NCBI RefSeq assembly: GCF_009834535.1
Contig: NC_045697.1
Coordinates: 49,602,001-49,666,000 of the forward strand
Reading direction: 5' to 3'
From: Camelus ferus
Taxonomy: Eukaryota
Length of the DNA stretch: 64,000 nucleotides
The position numbers and the translations under genes are program-made. Below, piece by piece: positions 1 to 12,450 of the stretch (position 1 is the first letter of the stretch; the number at the start of each line of letters is the position of its first letter). The notes beneath the pieces were generated by a model. It was not told the origin of the DNA. It saw only the letters and a list, made by a program, of their open reading frames with translations, and did no database searches.

Positions 1-480
1 GTCACCGAGGGCCAGGGCCCACTGAAAGTCAGTTGGCAAGAATTTAAAGTGAGATCAGCCGGCTTTGTTGTGTGTTTTCCTCCAGGCAAAAGTCAAGGTG
101 TCAGCCGGGCTGCTTCCTTCTGGAGGCTGTAGGGGAGAATCGGTTATTTTTTTGCCAGTATCTACAGGCCACTTGCACTTCTTGGCTCAAGGCCCCTTCC
201 TCCGTCTTCAAAGCCAGCAACATAGCATCGCTGAGTCTCCTTTACTGACTCTGCTTCCTTTGTCACAATGCCTTCTCTCTAATGGAGACCCTTCTGCCTC
301 CCTCTCTTGAGGACCCTTGTGATTATTTGGGGCTCACCTGGATAATCCAGGACCATCTCCCCATCCCCACATCTTTAATTGCATCTGCAAAGTCCCTTTT
401 TACCATGTAAAGTAACATATTCACAGGTCTGCAGGATTACGACATGAACATCCTTGGGGGTCCATTATGCTGTCTCCCAT
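1..480 (-). mobile_element. MaLR solo LTR (MLT1 family)
   Basis: Characteristic blocks gacccttgtgatta, ggataatccagga, catctgcaaagtcccttt, gtaacatattcacaggt. Confidence 0.8.
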
Positions 481-1902
481 AATTAGTGAAGTGGAATATG
501 TTTTCATATGATGATTAGCTTTTTGTCTTCCTTCTTTTGTGAATTGCCCATTCCTGACGTTTTTTTTTTTTTTTTTCTATTAGCTGTTGGTCTTTAGAAT
601 TCATTTGTAAGAACTCCTCTCTTAGGGATATAAACCCTAACAGTGCAGCATTTTGCATATTTCTCCCCCAGTTATTGCTTGCTTTTCAATTTTGTTTACA
701 AGATATTATCTAACTTACCAAAGTATGTTATGTTTTTATATTGTGGGAAATGTCAAACAAATAAAAGTAGAGAGATTTGTATATTTAATCTCCACATATT
801 TATCACCAGGCTTAAGTAATTATCAACTCAAAGCTGATCTTACTTTATCTATACTCTTACATACTTTCCTAAACTATTTATTATTTTGAAGCAAATACCA
901 GGCATCGTATCATTTCATCCATAATATTTCAGCAAAATACATTAATTTTATGATTTAAATTTTCTTAAATTATTTTCTCTGAGGTTTCTGTTTTTGGTGT
1001 GAGATACAAAAAAAGCCCAGTTTACTTATCTTTTTAAAGGGGATGGAAATAAAGTCTGAATATAAGTTTTTGTACCTTTTTAAGGAAGTCACATTTCTTT
1101 TTTAACTTGTTTTTATTAGGAATGATCATTTTCTGACTGCTCAACAAGTATATTTGAGCACCTACCATGGAAAATGCCATGAATTCAACTTCATGTTATG
1201 CTTTGCGTGCATGTAAACAGTGAACTGTGTAAAAGGATTACAATTATAAAATTAGCAGCCTGCCCATTGATGTCCGCACTCCTGATTTAGTCCTCTTTCC
1301 ATGACGACACTGATGATTGGGAACAAGTGCTAAAAGGCTGGCAATTGTCTGCTAGCATCATTTACACTTTTCAGTGTTTTTTTGCCAAGGCCACTGGGTA
1401 CTGGGAAGTGAAAACAAATGCGAAAATGAGAGGAAGACCATATTCCCTTCTTCAAGTCAGTCTACTGACTTGATAGTAGATACCCTCTCCCTGCTGTCAA
1501 AGGGATAAGCCCCACAGTCCTTTGTTTAACACAGCCCATACTGTGATGGACTGTTGGCAATCACAGATGGAATCAGAAAGCCATTGGCTTCCACGTCAGA
1601 AAAGAAATATAACAAGTACAGTTATTAGTTAGGACTGGGTAAGAATAGGTGATCCAGGTGATATCTACAGTTCCAGACATAAAAGGGGGTGGCTGGGCAG
1701 GAGTTCAGGGTATGCTTGTCATAGCCTAGCAGCTCCACAGCCAAAACAACACAACTCAAATCTGACTACCATAAATACCAACTGATTTGTTTGGCAGCCT
1801 CTGACTTTCCTACTCTTAACTCCTTGCAATCTGGTTTCCACCCCTTTCTGTGAAAATTCTTCAAAAGAAGAATCCTGGACACTATTTCAGTCTCTGTCCT
1901 TT

Positions 1903-2170
1903 CTTTTTTTTTTTAAATTGAAGTACAGTTGATTTACAATGTTTCAGGTGTGCAGCAAAGTGCTATGCAGTAGGTCCTTTTTGGTTATCTATTTTATATG
2001 TTAATCCCAAACTCCTAATTTATCCCTCCCCCTACTTTCCCCTTTGGTAACCGTAAGTTTATTTTCTATGTCTGTGAGACTATTTCTGTTTTGTAAGTAC
2101 ATTTGTATCATTCTTTTAGAGGCCACATATAAGTGATATCATATGATATTTGTCTTTGTCTTTCTTACTT
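1903..2170 (-). mobile_element. L1 3' end (artiodactyl-type, relatively young)
   Basis: Poly(T), then ttgaagtacagttgatttacaatg ... ccacatataagtgatatcata. Confidence 0.8.
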
Positions 2171-3825
2171 GCTGTGTGTCCTTTCTTTCATAACTGTCAA
2201 TATCCTCCTTCTTTAAACTTCTTGCTCTCTTGTCTTCTGAGGTGCTAAATGGTTCTGTTCTACTACTTTTTCTGTGCAAATCTTCGACTATTATGGTAAC
2301 TGCTTCCTACCCCTTCATCCCTTAAATGTGGCCCCTCTGTAGGCTTTGAGGCTCTCTTGCTCCCAAATCTCTATTTCAAGCCTAACTTCTTTCCTGAGCT
2401 CCTGGCCCAAGTCTCTGGCTGATTTCTGGGGATTTCCAGGTTGACCTGGCTCACCTGGGATTTCTTAGCCCAACCCCTGCCGTGAACATTAGGCCCTGGA
2501 CATCTCCAGGCTCGGACCCACCCAGTTCAGGAGATGATCATGCCAGCAACCGAAAAGGATCACAATTTGGCAAATCTTAGAATTGAGTCTGATTGCTATA
2601 AATCAGGCAGGCCTGGATTGAGCCCATGTTACCTGAGAGGGGCTGGAGTCACCCAACCTTCCCTCCTGGGCACTTGGATGCTGCTTGTCTTTTCTTTTCA
2701 AGAACTTCACTTTCCCTCTAGGTTTGAAGCCTGTTTTGCTGAGGCTCTGAAATATTTATTAGTTTTACCATGTCCCTTCCCAGACAATCAGATCTTGGTT
2801 TATTTTTTTTCCCAACCCCACCAGTGCTGTGTTCCAAGCCTTCACTGGCAGAGTCTCCTGGGTACTGGGCTTGAGCCATAGGGCTATCCTCCTGGACATT
2901 CATAAGTCTGGGCCATTTCCCCTTCTCAAAGTCTTGCCTTCTTTTGTGTTCTGCTGCCCCAGCTTCCTTCACGCATCTATTATTTCATGCTCATAATTTC
3001 CAAAAATCCCTTCAACTGTTATTTCTGGATGTGGTACCTCCTACTTGAGCTCATCCTACCTTCTAGTGCCATCTTCAGTTCTTCTTGGAACTTAGTGAGG
3101 TATAAAGATATACTAACCTTTAAAGTAGATATTTTTAAACAATTATTCATTTTATTAGCATTCTTTTTATTATTTATTCTCAATTATGTATCAGGTAAAA
3201 GGTTGGAGGGTCTAGCTTTGCTGGTGTCCCATAAAGTCAGGCAAGCACTCCTTTGACATGTGTGGTTGTTAAAGTTGTATCTAAAATATTTTCAAACATG
3301 TCACCTTGATATTGCTGCATAGGAAAATGCCTTCTGGCTACCTTTCACCCTAGGCCATAGTCCACATTTATTGGTGTGCTATTGGAGATCTTCCAAGTTA
3401 CTCTCTAATATTTTTTTCATTCATTTTTTTCCCCAGCTTTATTGAGATATAACTGACATGCAACATTGTGTACATTTAAGGTGTACAATGTGAGGAGTTG
3501 CTATAACTCTTTAGTATTACTAATAGGGGGATTCTCTTTCCTCCTCTTCCTTCTCTTCTTCCTCTCTCCCTCCCATTCCAATTCATTCATTGGCTAAATA
3601 GTTACCGATCACTTAGGGAGGCAGGTCATTAAATAAAGAGGTGAAGCTGGTAGTGGTGGTGAAGATTGGAGGGAGGATGCCCGGTCCCAAGGAAGCAGCA
3701 GCTACTGATCTCCCCACTGTTTCCATGTGGGTCCAATGCTATCCAAACCATTGTCTTTTTCAAGAGAAGCTGGACATCTTTTCTTGTTGATGTGAAATCT
3801 CCCAATTTTAAATTTTAGCAACCAG

Positions 3826-3920
3826 GTTTATTTATTTATTTTAATGGCAGTACTAGGGATTGAACCCAGCACCTCATGCATGCTAGGCACATGCTCTACC
3901 ACTGACCTATACCCTCCCCC
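3826..3920 (-). mobile_element. tRNA-Ala-derived SINE (Vic-1-like), short tail, inserted in an older hAT MITE
   Basis: Reverse complement has a ggggagggtata... head, B-box-like ggttcaatccc and an (AAAT)n tail. Confidence 0.85.
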
Positions 3921-4634
3921 ACCAAAACCTTTTGAAATAAGGCTAAACAGAACATCTGTGAGGTGAATTGGGCCTGCGGGCTCCTAGTTTGCACCTCTCC
4001 TCTCCAGAAACCCTTTCTCCCCTCCATGTTCCCTGATACCTTGTGTTTTCCTGCCTCTTCCTTTTGTTCTTCACTTCCCATGAGTTGAACTGCCCAACCC
4101 CATTATCTCCACTGATCCAAATCCTAACTCCCACCTGATCTTTAAGATCAGACTCAAAGTCTGCTGTGTGGTGTGCTTGGCTTTTCAGCAGCAAGTAGGG
4201 GAAGCCAAAATCAGAAATGAGTTGACAGGTGGTCTAGATACCAAATCCTGGGAGGTCAGCCAAGGCAGGGATCAGATTCCCAATCTACAAGTCCAGGGAA
4301 CAGGGAGCCAAAGGACAAGAGGTTCAGTAACTTGGGTAAAGGAGTTTGAGCAAGTGCTAGACACAGGACACCAAAGATCAGAATGGAACCTGATAATAGT
4401 CCCATGGCAACAGCTTTAAAAAAAACAACCCCCCCCCCCCCGAATTCTCTAGTTTTTGAAGGGAAGGAAAAAAGGAAGGATAATTAATATTTTTTAAAAA
4501 CCAACTGTGTGATAAGTATGTCTCAAAAGTCATACCAAAGTTGAGAGAGATCAAGTAGCTTATTCACATCACACAGCTAATAAAATGGCAAAGTGAGAAT
4601 TTAGATTTTCAGTTCTTTGTGGAAACCACTACAC

Positions 4635-4728
4635 CAGTGGTTCTTAATTTTGACTGCATATTAGAATCACCTGGGAACTGTGTATGTGTGGTGTGTGTAT
4701 GTGTGTGTGTGTGTGTATGTGTGTGTGT

Positions 4729-4760
<32 letters not shown>

Positions 4761-4934
4761 AGGCAATATATCAGTGTGTCTGGAGTTTGGTCCCTGGGGA
4801 GCTTTAAAAAAATTCAGGTGCCTAGGTGGCACCCCTTGCCAATTAAGTAGAATCTCTAAGGGTAGGATTTAGGCATTAGTAGTTTTCAGTGGTCCCTAGG
4901 TGACATTGGTGTACAGCCAAGGTGGAGAACCACT
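4635..4934. mobile_element. MER5-type hAT-Charlie MITE interrupted by a (TG)n microsatellite
   Basis: Terminal inverted repeats cagtggttct ... agaaccactg; internal ttagaatcacctggg. Confidence 0.75.
4680..4760. repeat. Imperfect (TG)n microsatellite
   Basis: Seen directly. Confidence 0.95.
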
Positions 4935-5194
4935 GAGTCCTTCCCACAGTACTGACTCCTGCTCAGCGTTGCTCACAGAGCCAAGGGAAACAGTGAGTAA
5001 TAAACAGGTAGAGGTCAGGGAGGCTAGTGGAACTCAAGTAGTGATATTTTAATTAGCTCTTTCTTCAAGTGAAAGTGTACATCTGTACTCATTCCACAAC
5101 CAGATCTCCAGTCTGGGAGTCTGGGGAATAAATCGGGACCAGTCAGTGGAACTGACTGAAGCAATGAAGAGTATAAAATTATAGTTCTTGCTAT

Positions 5195-5780
5195 AATTTT
5201 TTTGCTTTCGTTTTTAAAAAGTATACAGTTCAGTTTTGTTGTTGTTGTTTTTTACTGTATTCTTAGAGTTGTGCTATACCATCACCACAGTCAATTTGAG
5301 AATATTTTCATTGCCTTAAAAATAAACTTTGTAGCCTTTAGCTGTCACCCACAACCACTCATCTACTTTCCTTCTCTATAGATTTCCCTGTTCTGGACTC
5401 AAATGTGGGTTTTTAACCCAGGTGCTTCACTGATGCAGGACCCATGATGATCTTTGTTATTTTTATCAATTTTTTAACTTTTTATTGAACCATAACATAT
5501 GCACAGAAAAAAAGCATAAACTATAAGTATACAGCTTGGTAAAATTTTGCAAGCTGAACTCACCGTGTAACCAGTACCCAAGTTAAGAACAAACCTTATT
5601 AACATCTCAGAAGCCTCTCTTGTGCCCCTCTCCTTCAAGGGTAACCATTCTTCTGACTTATACGAGCATAAATTAGTTTTACCTCTTTTGAACTTTTGTA
5701 TCAGTGGCATTATAGAATATGGGTTTTTTTTTTTGTTTGTTTCTGGCTTTTACTCAACATCATATTTGTGAGATCCACCC
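5195..5780 (-). mobile_element. Old L1M 3' end fragments (two pieces)
   Basis: accatcaccacagtcaattt..gaatattttca and tttttattgaa ... cagaagcctctcttgtgcccct motifs. Confidence 0.65.
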
Positions 5781-8700
5781 TTGCTAATAGCCCTGGTGAT
5801 TGTTTGATATTAAATTCACCCAGTTTCCTTAAGAACAAATTATTTGGAAAGGTTCATTGAGACTCTAAAATATTCTTCAGGCGATTTATTGAATTAGCCA
5901 TCTCCTTCGGTCAGTATTAAAATAATCTATTTCTGAAAGATTTCTTTGATTTAAATTCAGAAGACTGATAGTGTTGAGGAAGAGTGTAAGCATCTTGATC
6001 TTGCAGGGCTAGTTGGACAAGTCATTAAACTTGAACTGAGTAACTTTAATGTTTGTAAACATTTGACAAACCTAAGAAATTGAATTTCTTATCTAGGTCT
6101 TTCTTCCTGGGATCTTTTATGTCTTTGGGAACTGTTTATGAGTTTTCCTTCTATATAATTTTTTTTCTTTTTCACATCTAATATCCAATACTGTAGACCA
6201 ACCCCTTTCTTCACTTCGGAGTGTTTAAGACTGAACATAAAGCTGGGAATGAAGTAGTGTTTTTACACCTGCAAGTGTTAGAAAGTGCTATATAATTTAT
6301 TCCTAGTTTCCCTTAGCAATTTCTCCTCCCCCTACACACTCAGACATGCTAGTGGAATGTTAGCAAAGGACTTTGCACAGAAATTTGTTCTCTGTGGAAT
6401 TTCTTTTTATGTACCAACAAGATTTGCCCTTCAGTATAAAGCACAAGACAAGTCTTTGTGAATCAGGTCTTTCTTAATGTATTTGAATTCTCAGGTGCCT
6501 TGGGGCAGGCTCTGAAAGAGGGGGAGGGATGCAGGAATTGGGCTGGGCTCTCTTTTCCAAAATACCACAGAGCAACTGGGATGTGAGGTCAGTATCTTGG
6601 TCTGAGACCAACCAGATCAGATGCATTGAAAATGGAGGCTCTGTGATGTTTAAAACACACACAACAAATTTAATAACCAATACATGTGCTGCTTTTACTA
6701 GCGACTGCTTCTTGGTACCCATAAAATTAGCAATGATGTTTAGTCCTTAGATTGGAAATCTCCAAAAATGATCTGAAATATGTATCCCTAAGCCAACTGG
6801 CAGAAACCAATGACTTCTACAGGTTTCTATGACTAAGTGTCACTCCAGTTTCCTCTGGAATTCCCTTAAGATCCCACATTTTATAGGGCAGGTCATCAGA
6901 CCTGTTCCAAGGGGGAAAAAAGGACTGCTTTTAAATGCTTAAAGACTATATTTTCTCACCGTGTAGAGAAAAATGAGGAGGAAATGCAGAGTTTGTTCAT
7001 GAAAATCAAGCCCAGCTTTTCCAAGAAGTCTGTCTTGTCATCTTCCCTCATCACAGAAGTCGGTTCTGTGATGAAAGTGCTTGAGCAAATATTTTTTCTA
7101 GGATTTACATACAGTGGGAAAGCTTAAAGAAAAACTTTCTTTAAATGCCCTTACCCTCCCCCTCCATCCTGAGCTATCATGCCCGGCGGCGGTGAACTTG
7201 ATGTGGGAACACCAAACTGCCTAATCTTGCCAGCACATGTCACCATGGTTGCACCTTTGAGCTTGCCGTTCCTTCTGCCTGGGACAGCTGTTGCGGACCA
7301 TTGCGACTTTCTTCACCGGCTCATTCTTGCTTCACCTTCAAGATTCAGCTCAGGTGTCATCTCCTCCCGGAGTTCTGAGCCTCTAGTTTGACGTAATTGC
7401 CCCTTCTGTTTGTTCTTATGGCACCCTGAGCAACTCTCTGTCATTAGCCTTAGCCGTATACACTCCTTGAAAGCAAATTATTAATAAAAATGATGAATTA
7501 CATAACCCTCCTTTTATTTTTCTTTTAAAAATCATAATATTGGCCCACTTCCAAACTTTAGGTTTTATTAAATAATCCTTCATGGAAAACATATGCAGCT
7601 TTGTGAAATGCACACTATCATTACTTTGTCTACTATTAAACAGAAAGAATTTAGGTGAAGAGTCTATCTAATTTTAAGGGTCCTTGGATTTCCAAGACTA
7701 CCCCAAAGGAGACAGTTTATTTTCCCTTTCAGAACCATGTCTGAAAGCCATGTACCTGTTACCCAGCAAAGGGTGATATTTGGACTATGATCATATGGCC
7801 TAACAGTAATCATGATAGTTTATACTTATATGGGTCAGGCTCTATGCTAAAAATTGTATATGCAGCTGTTCTATGAGATAGGAATTGCAATTGTGCCTTT
7901 TTACAGATGAGGAAATAGACTCAGATAACTTCTAACTTGTCCAGCAGCATACAAGTTTTAAATATAGTGCTGGGATTAAGAACCAAACTCCACCAGATTC
8001 CAGAACCTATGCTTTAAAAATTTTTAAATTGTTTTACTTTGAAATACAATAAGTGTAGATTAATAGGAAGTTGCAAAGAAGCGTACAGGGAGGGAGGTCC
8101 TGTGCAATATTTACCCTATCTCCCCCAGTTTGACATCCTGTATCACTGTAGTACAATATCAAAACCAGGAAATAGTTCAGCATCCCTTAGGTATGGTAAG
8201 CTGAGGTCATTGATTAGTACAGAATTTTAGTTAAATATGACTTTTGAATGAAAATAGCATTCTTTATACTATAAAGCCTTCATTTTAATAAACAACTCAT
8301 TAGTACCATGATATACATTGAAGAAGTATATGGTTTAGATCATTGGTTCTTAACCTTTTAGGACATAGATGTATTTAAGAATGCAATGAAATATGGACGT
8401 TTTCAGCAAAAAAAAAAAAAAGCCATATACACACATCTACAAAATGTTCATGATTTTATAATATCTTATATCTCCATCCACCCTCAAACTGTGCATAGAC
8501 TCAGATTAAAAATTTCTGGTTTAAAGCAACATTTAAAGAAATTATGTTTTTATCTTTTCCCAACTCTGCTTATAGAAAATCCTCCAAACCCTCTTATTAT
8601 TCTTTTACTTAAGGGCCTGAAAGTTCCTTGGATTTTCTACAGCTCTTGGTTGCTTAGGAAAAAACCTCTACTTCCAACATTATTTCTCCTATTAACACAC

Positions 8701-10537
8701 TTTATCTGGGTCTGCTTTCTTTTACATAAAAGTCCTTTGGTCAATAACTTTAGGTTGTCTTTCCCTTTTCAGGTTACCACCAAGAACTTGGGTAATTTGG
8801 GGTCATGGCTCTGAAGTTAGGGATCAGACCTGGGATCTCTGAAGCCCAGCTAGGTACGGGAGTGTAACTGGGAGCTCCTGTTAGTTTGAAGCCAGCTGTC
8901 AGGAGCCAGGAAATGTATTTTCACAGCCAGGGCTCACCCAAGGAGTGTGAGTCAACAAGGCATAGGTCAGAGCAGACATCCGGAAGGAGGATGGTAGAGA
9001 TATTAAAAAAAAATCAGGCTGATGGTCTGACCACAAAGGTAGGACATGGCTTGATTCTGAGGAAGATTCTTGCCTTAAGTCATAAATCTCCCACATGCTT
9101 CCTTTGAGGTAAAGCTCAGAGAAGTGTTCTGCTGTTGTGGAGCCAGAAGCCAGAGTTTAGCTAGCCTAGAACCTGCGAGGAAGTGGTCACACCTGGAAAC
9201 GTGTGGGTGGAAAGAAGGGCTGATGCTGACACTTTGCGTGAGAGATTGGCTGTGTTCTGCTGTCAGTTGGCTGAGGTAGAAGGAAGCCAGAATGCTTCCA
9301 CTGTGCATCAGCTACCTGGTTTTTAATGATGGTCTTTTTCCAATCAGAAGAAGTGCCACAACTTCTCTACCACTTTTATGTTTTCTGCCTGCTGGTGAAT
9401 GTATCATATTTTGCATACAGTTGGTTTTTTTTTTTTTTTTTTAACTATTCTAAATAGTTCCATAGCCTGGTTGCTAAAAGAGACCAATGGAACAAATTTG
9501 CTTTCAAAGGTCTGGTATCCGTTTCCTCCTCCTTCTGAATTTGTCTAATTTAGACAGTGTCTTTTGCCATGGTTTCTCTGTACTGTCAAATCAAGTATTT
9601 GACCCAAGAGGAGAATGGGGAGTGGAAGGATGGAGGGTAGTCGCAGGCTAGCATCATGTCTGTTTATGACTTTCTGAAGTGCTGTGTTGGGGTCCCCTGT
9701 TGTTGAAGGCCTGCCTCTGTTTTTATAACAGGAATCAGTCCCATATACCCGCTAAGCCAGAAACTGCTAAACACTAGAAATAATCCTCCCAACAACCCTA
9801 AAGTTGGCAGTTACCCCTGAGGAGACCAAAGGTCAAAGAAGTGAACTCATCTGACCTGTGTCACAAAACTAGTCAGTGAAGAAAATAGGATTTGATGCCA
9901 TGTATTTCATACTCCTGTATTTAGGTGGAGAATTTGGTCCTCAGCTCTGGCTTCTTAAGGTACAACCTCTGTCATTCCCCCTCCCCTCCATGAGGAAATT
10001 GGGCTCAGGGACACTAGTTGACACTAACTCAATCCTTTGGAGACTGATTAACGACCCCAGAACAACATTTCACAGAGGGAGATAGACACCCCTTTCCAAT
10101 AAACAGAGTATCTGTTGACCAGGGCCCCTCCTGTCGGTCAGGGTGCTTAGTGAGATTGGATAACCTCGAGGCGTCTCATAGCCAGACATTAAGGCCTGAA
10201 GAATTAAACACACCCTGTAGCCCCGGGTTGGCTAGATATCTGCCAAGTATAATCTACTCTGAACAGTGCGAGATAAATGTTGGTGAAGCCTCTTTCCAAA
10301 GTCATCATTTTCTGGACTCCAGGCAACTCGGGGGAGGTGACTCCTCTTTTATTTACATTATCTTTAGTTGTTACACTTCCCAGGATGACTGGATCTCTTA
10401 GATCCCTCAGCCTGAGGGGATTTTAGCTGTCATCACAACTCTGAGCATTGGATAGAATCCATTAGAATTTACAAACCATTATTCAGGGTGTGTCACTTTT
10501 GTAATCCCAAACCTAATTCTTCGGGTATAGATTTTTT

Positions 10538-10740
10538 TTCTTGTTTGCTCTTTTATTTCGTGGGGGTGCGTCATTAGGTTTTTAAATTTATTTTTCACCT
10601 TTTTTTGGAGGGGGGGTGTTGGTGGAGTGGTCATTAGGTTGATTGATTGACTGATTTTTAAAGTGGTGATACTGGGGATTGAACCCAGGTCTTGGTGCAT
10701 GCTAAGCATATATTCTAGCACTGAGCTATACCCTCCCCCA
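10538..10740 (-). mobile_element. tRNA-Ala-derived SINE (Vic-1-like) with duplicated tail module
   Basis: Same head as the other copies; diverged TSD cttcgggtatagatttttt (from 10519) / ctttgggtgttgatttttt (from 10741). Confidence 0.85.
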
Positions 10741-11708
10741 CTTTGGGTGTTGATTTTTTGAGGAGATTTTTGTGTCTAAATTCTGAAAAAGTAACTGCAG
10801 AATTTGTAACCTTTATTCTCTCAAGCTTGGTAGCATTTAGGATCTCCTCTACTTGAAGACTTTGATAGATATGATGAAAAGTAGCTACATAGCTCAAATT
10901 CATCACCTATGACAGTCGTTCATTTATTTACATTTTATAGTTAACAACAAAATGGGCAGACCGTGCAAGTGTTTTATGCACCTTTCTGGATATGTGACAT
11001 TTTCACACACAACGACCAAATAGAGAGGAAGAACTTTTCTTTAGATCCTAACCTGTCCAAGTCTCACAGAGATAATGGATGGAATGATTTCAGGAGAAAT
11101 GAACATTTGATTCTTTCATCAGGCCTTAATAGTCTTTTTCTTCTCCTGCTCTAAAAGGAATGGGTTCATCCTACTCACCAGAGTAGGTTTCTCTGCATCA
11201 AAAAGCATTGTACACAACATTATAAACTGACTATACTTGACTTAAAAAAATAATTAAAAAAAGAAATGAACATGTATTCTTAATATCTGGCTATCCCAGT
11301 AAAATAAGTAAAATTAAAAAAAAAACAAAACTTTGTAAAGGAGACATTTGCACCGAAACAGACCTGAAATTCCCAAGTGACAGATTTTCAATTAGGAATG
11401 CTTACTCCAAGGCTGAAGAGGGTCACCAGTTAGCAATGGGATATGGTGTGCTGCATGAGCCACAGGGGACCCTGGGGTCTCTTTCTAAATTGGCCATTTT
11501 TAGCCTTGCGCAAGTTACCTTTGTGAATTGCTTGTGAAACTGAAATGAGATAATGTGTTTGAAAGTATTTTGAACACTATAAAATTCCATGTACAACTGT
11601 AAGTTGTTATTTCAGAGCAAAGCAGTGAACAGTCTGTGAAAAAGGAATCAATTGAAAGCAATTAGTGCATATACTTTTTCAAGCACCAAACATTAAGTGC
11701 TGATTTTT

Positions 11709-12175
11709 TAAACTTTATTTATTTATGGATTTATTTTACAATATCATTTTTAAATTGGAGTATAGTTGATGTACAATATTATATTACAAGTATACAATAT
11801 AGTGATTCATAATTTCTAAAGGTTATGCTCCATTTATAGTTATTATAAAATATTGTACAATACGTCCTTGTAGCTTATTTTATATCTGATAGCTTGTACC
11901 TCTTGATCCTCCACCTCCATCTTGCCCCTCCTCCTTCCCTCTCCCCGCTGGTTCCTTCTCTACATCTGTGAGTCTTGTTTCTTTTCTGTTGTATTCACTA
12001 GTTTGTTGTATTTTTCGGGGGTTCCACATGTAAGTGATATCTTACAGTATTTGTCTTTCTTTGTCTGACTTATTTCACTTAGCATAATGCCCTCCAAGTC
12101 TATCCATGCTGTACACCAGAAACTAGTACAACATTTTATTTTATTTTTTTTTAGTACAACATTTTAAATCACCTG
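11709..12175 (-). mobile_element. L1 3' end with a short oppositely oriented L1 terminus at its 5' side
   Basis: TSD ttaagtgct(g/c)attttt at 11693-11708 / 12176-12191; L1 3' UTR motifs (tctgacttatttcacttagcataatgccctccaag). Confidence 0.8.
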
Positions 12176-12191
12176 TTAAGTGCTCATTTTT

Positions 12192-12450
12192 ACTGAGCAT
12201 GTGCCAGGTAGGGTTGTAAATGTATTAGTTCTATTAACTCATCTAATCTTCACAGGACTCCAATAAGGTAGATATTACCATCTCCATTTTACAGATGAGA
12301 AACACTGAAGCATAGAAAAGTTAAGCACATTGCCCAAGGTAATATAACTAGGAAATATACCCAGGTAATACGTTTAATAAGTGATGAGGTGAGGCTGGGA
12401 TGCAAATCTGGGCAGCATGAATCCAGAGCCCAGACTCCACTGCTGGCAGC
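12192..12450 (-). mobile_element. MIR SINE
   Basis: Core ccattttacagatgagaaacactgaagcatagaaaagttaag. Confidence 0.8.

Noticed and set aside
4644..4872. HT-repeat and CV-repeat ORFs
   Set aside because: Translations of the (TG)n microsatellite; the same applies to 31012..31218.
8755..8800. Strong acceptor tttcccttttcag| as a possible upstream non-coding G3BP2 exon
   Set aside because: No supportable exon partner or TSS in the window; needs RNA evidence.
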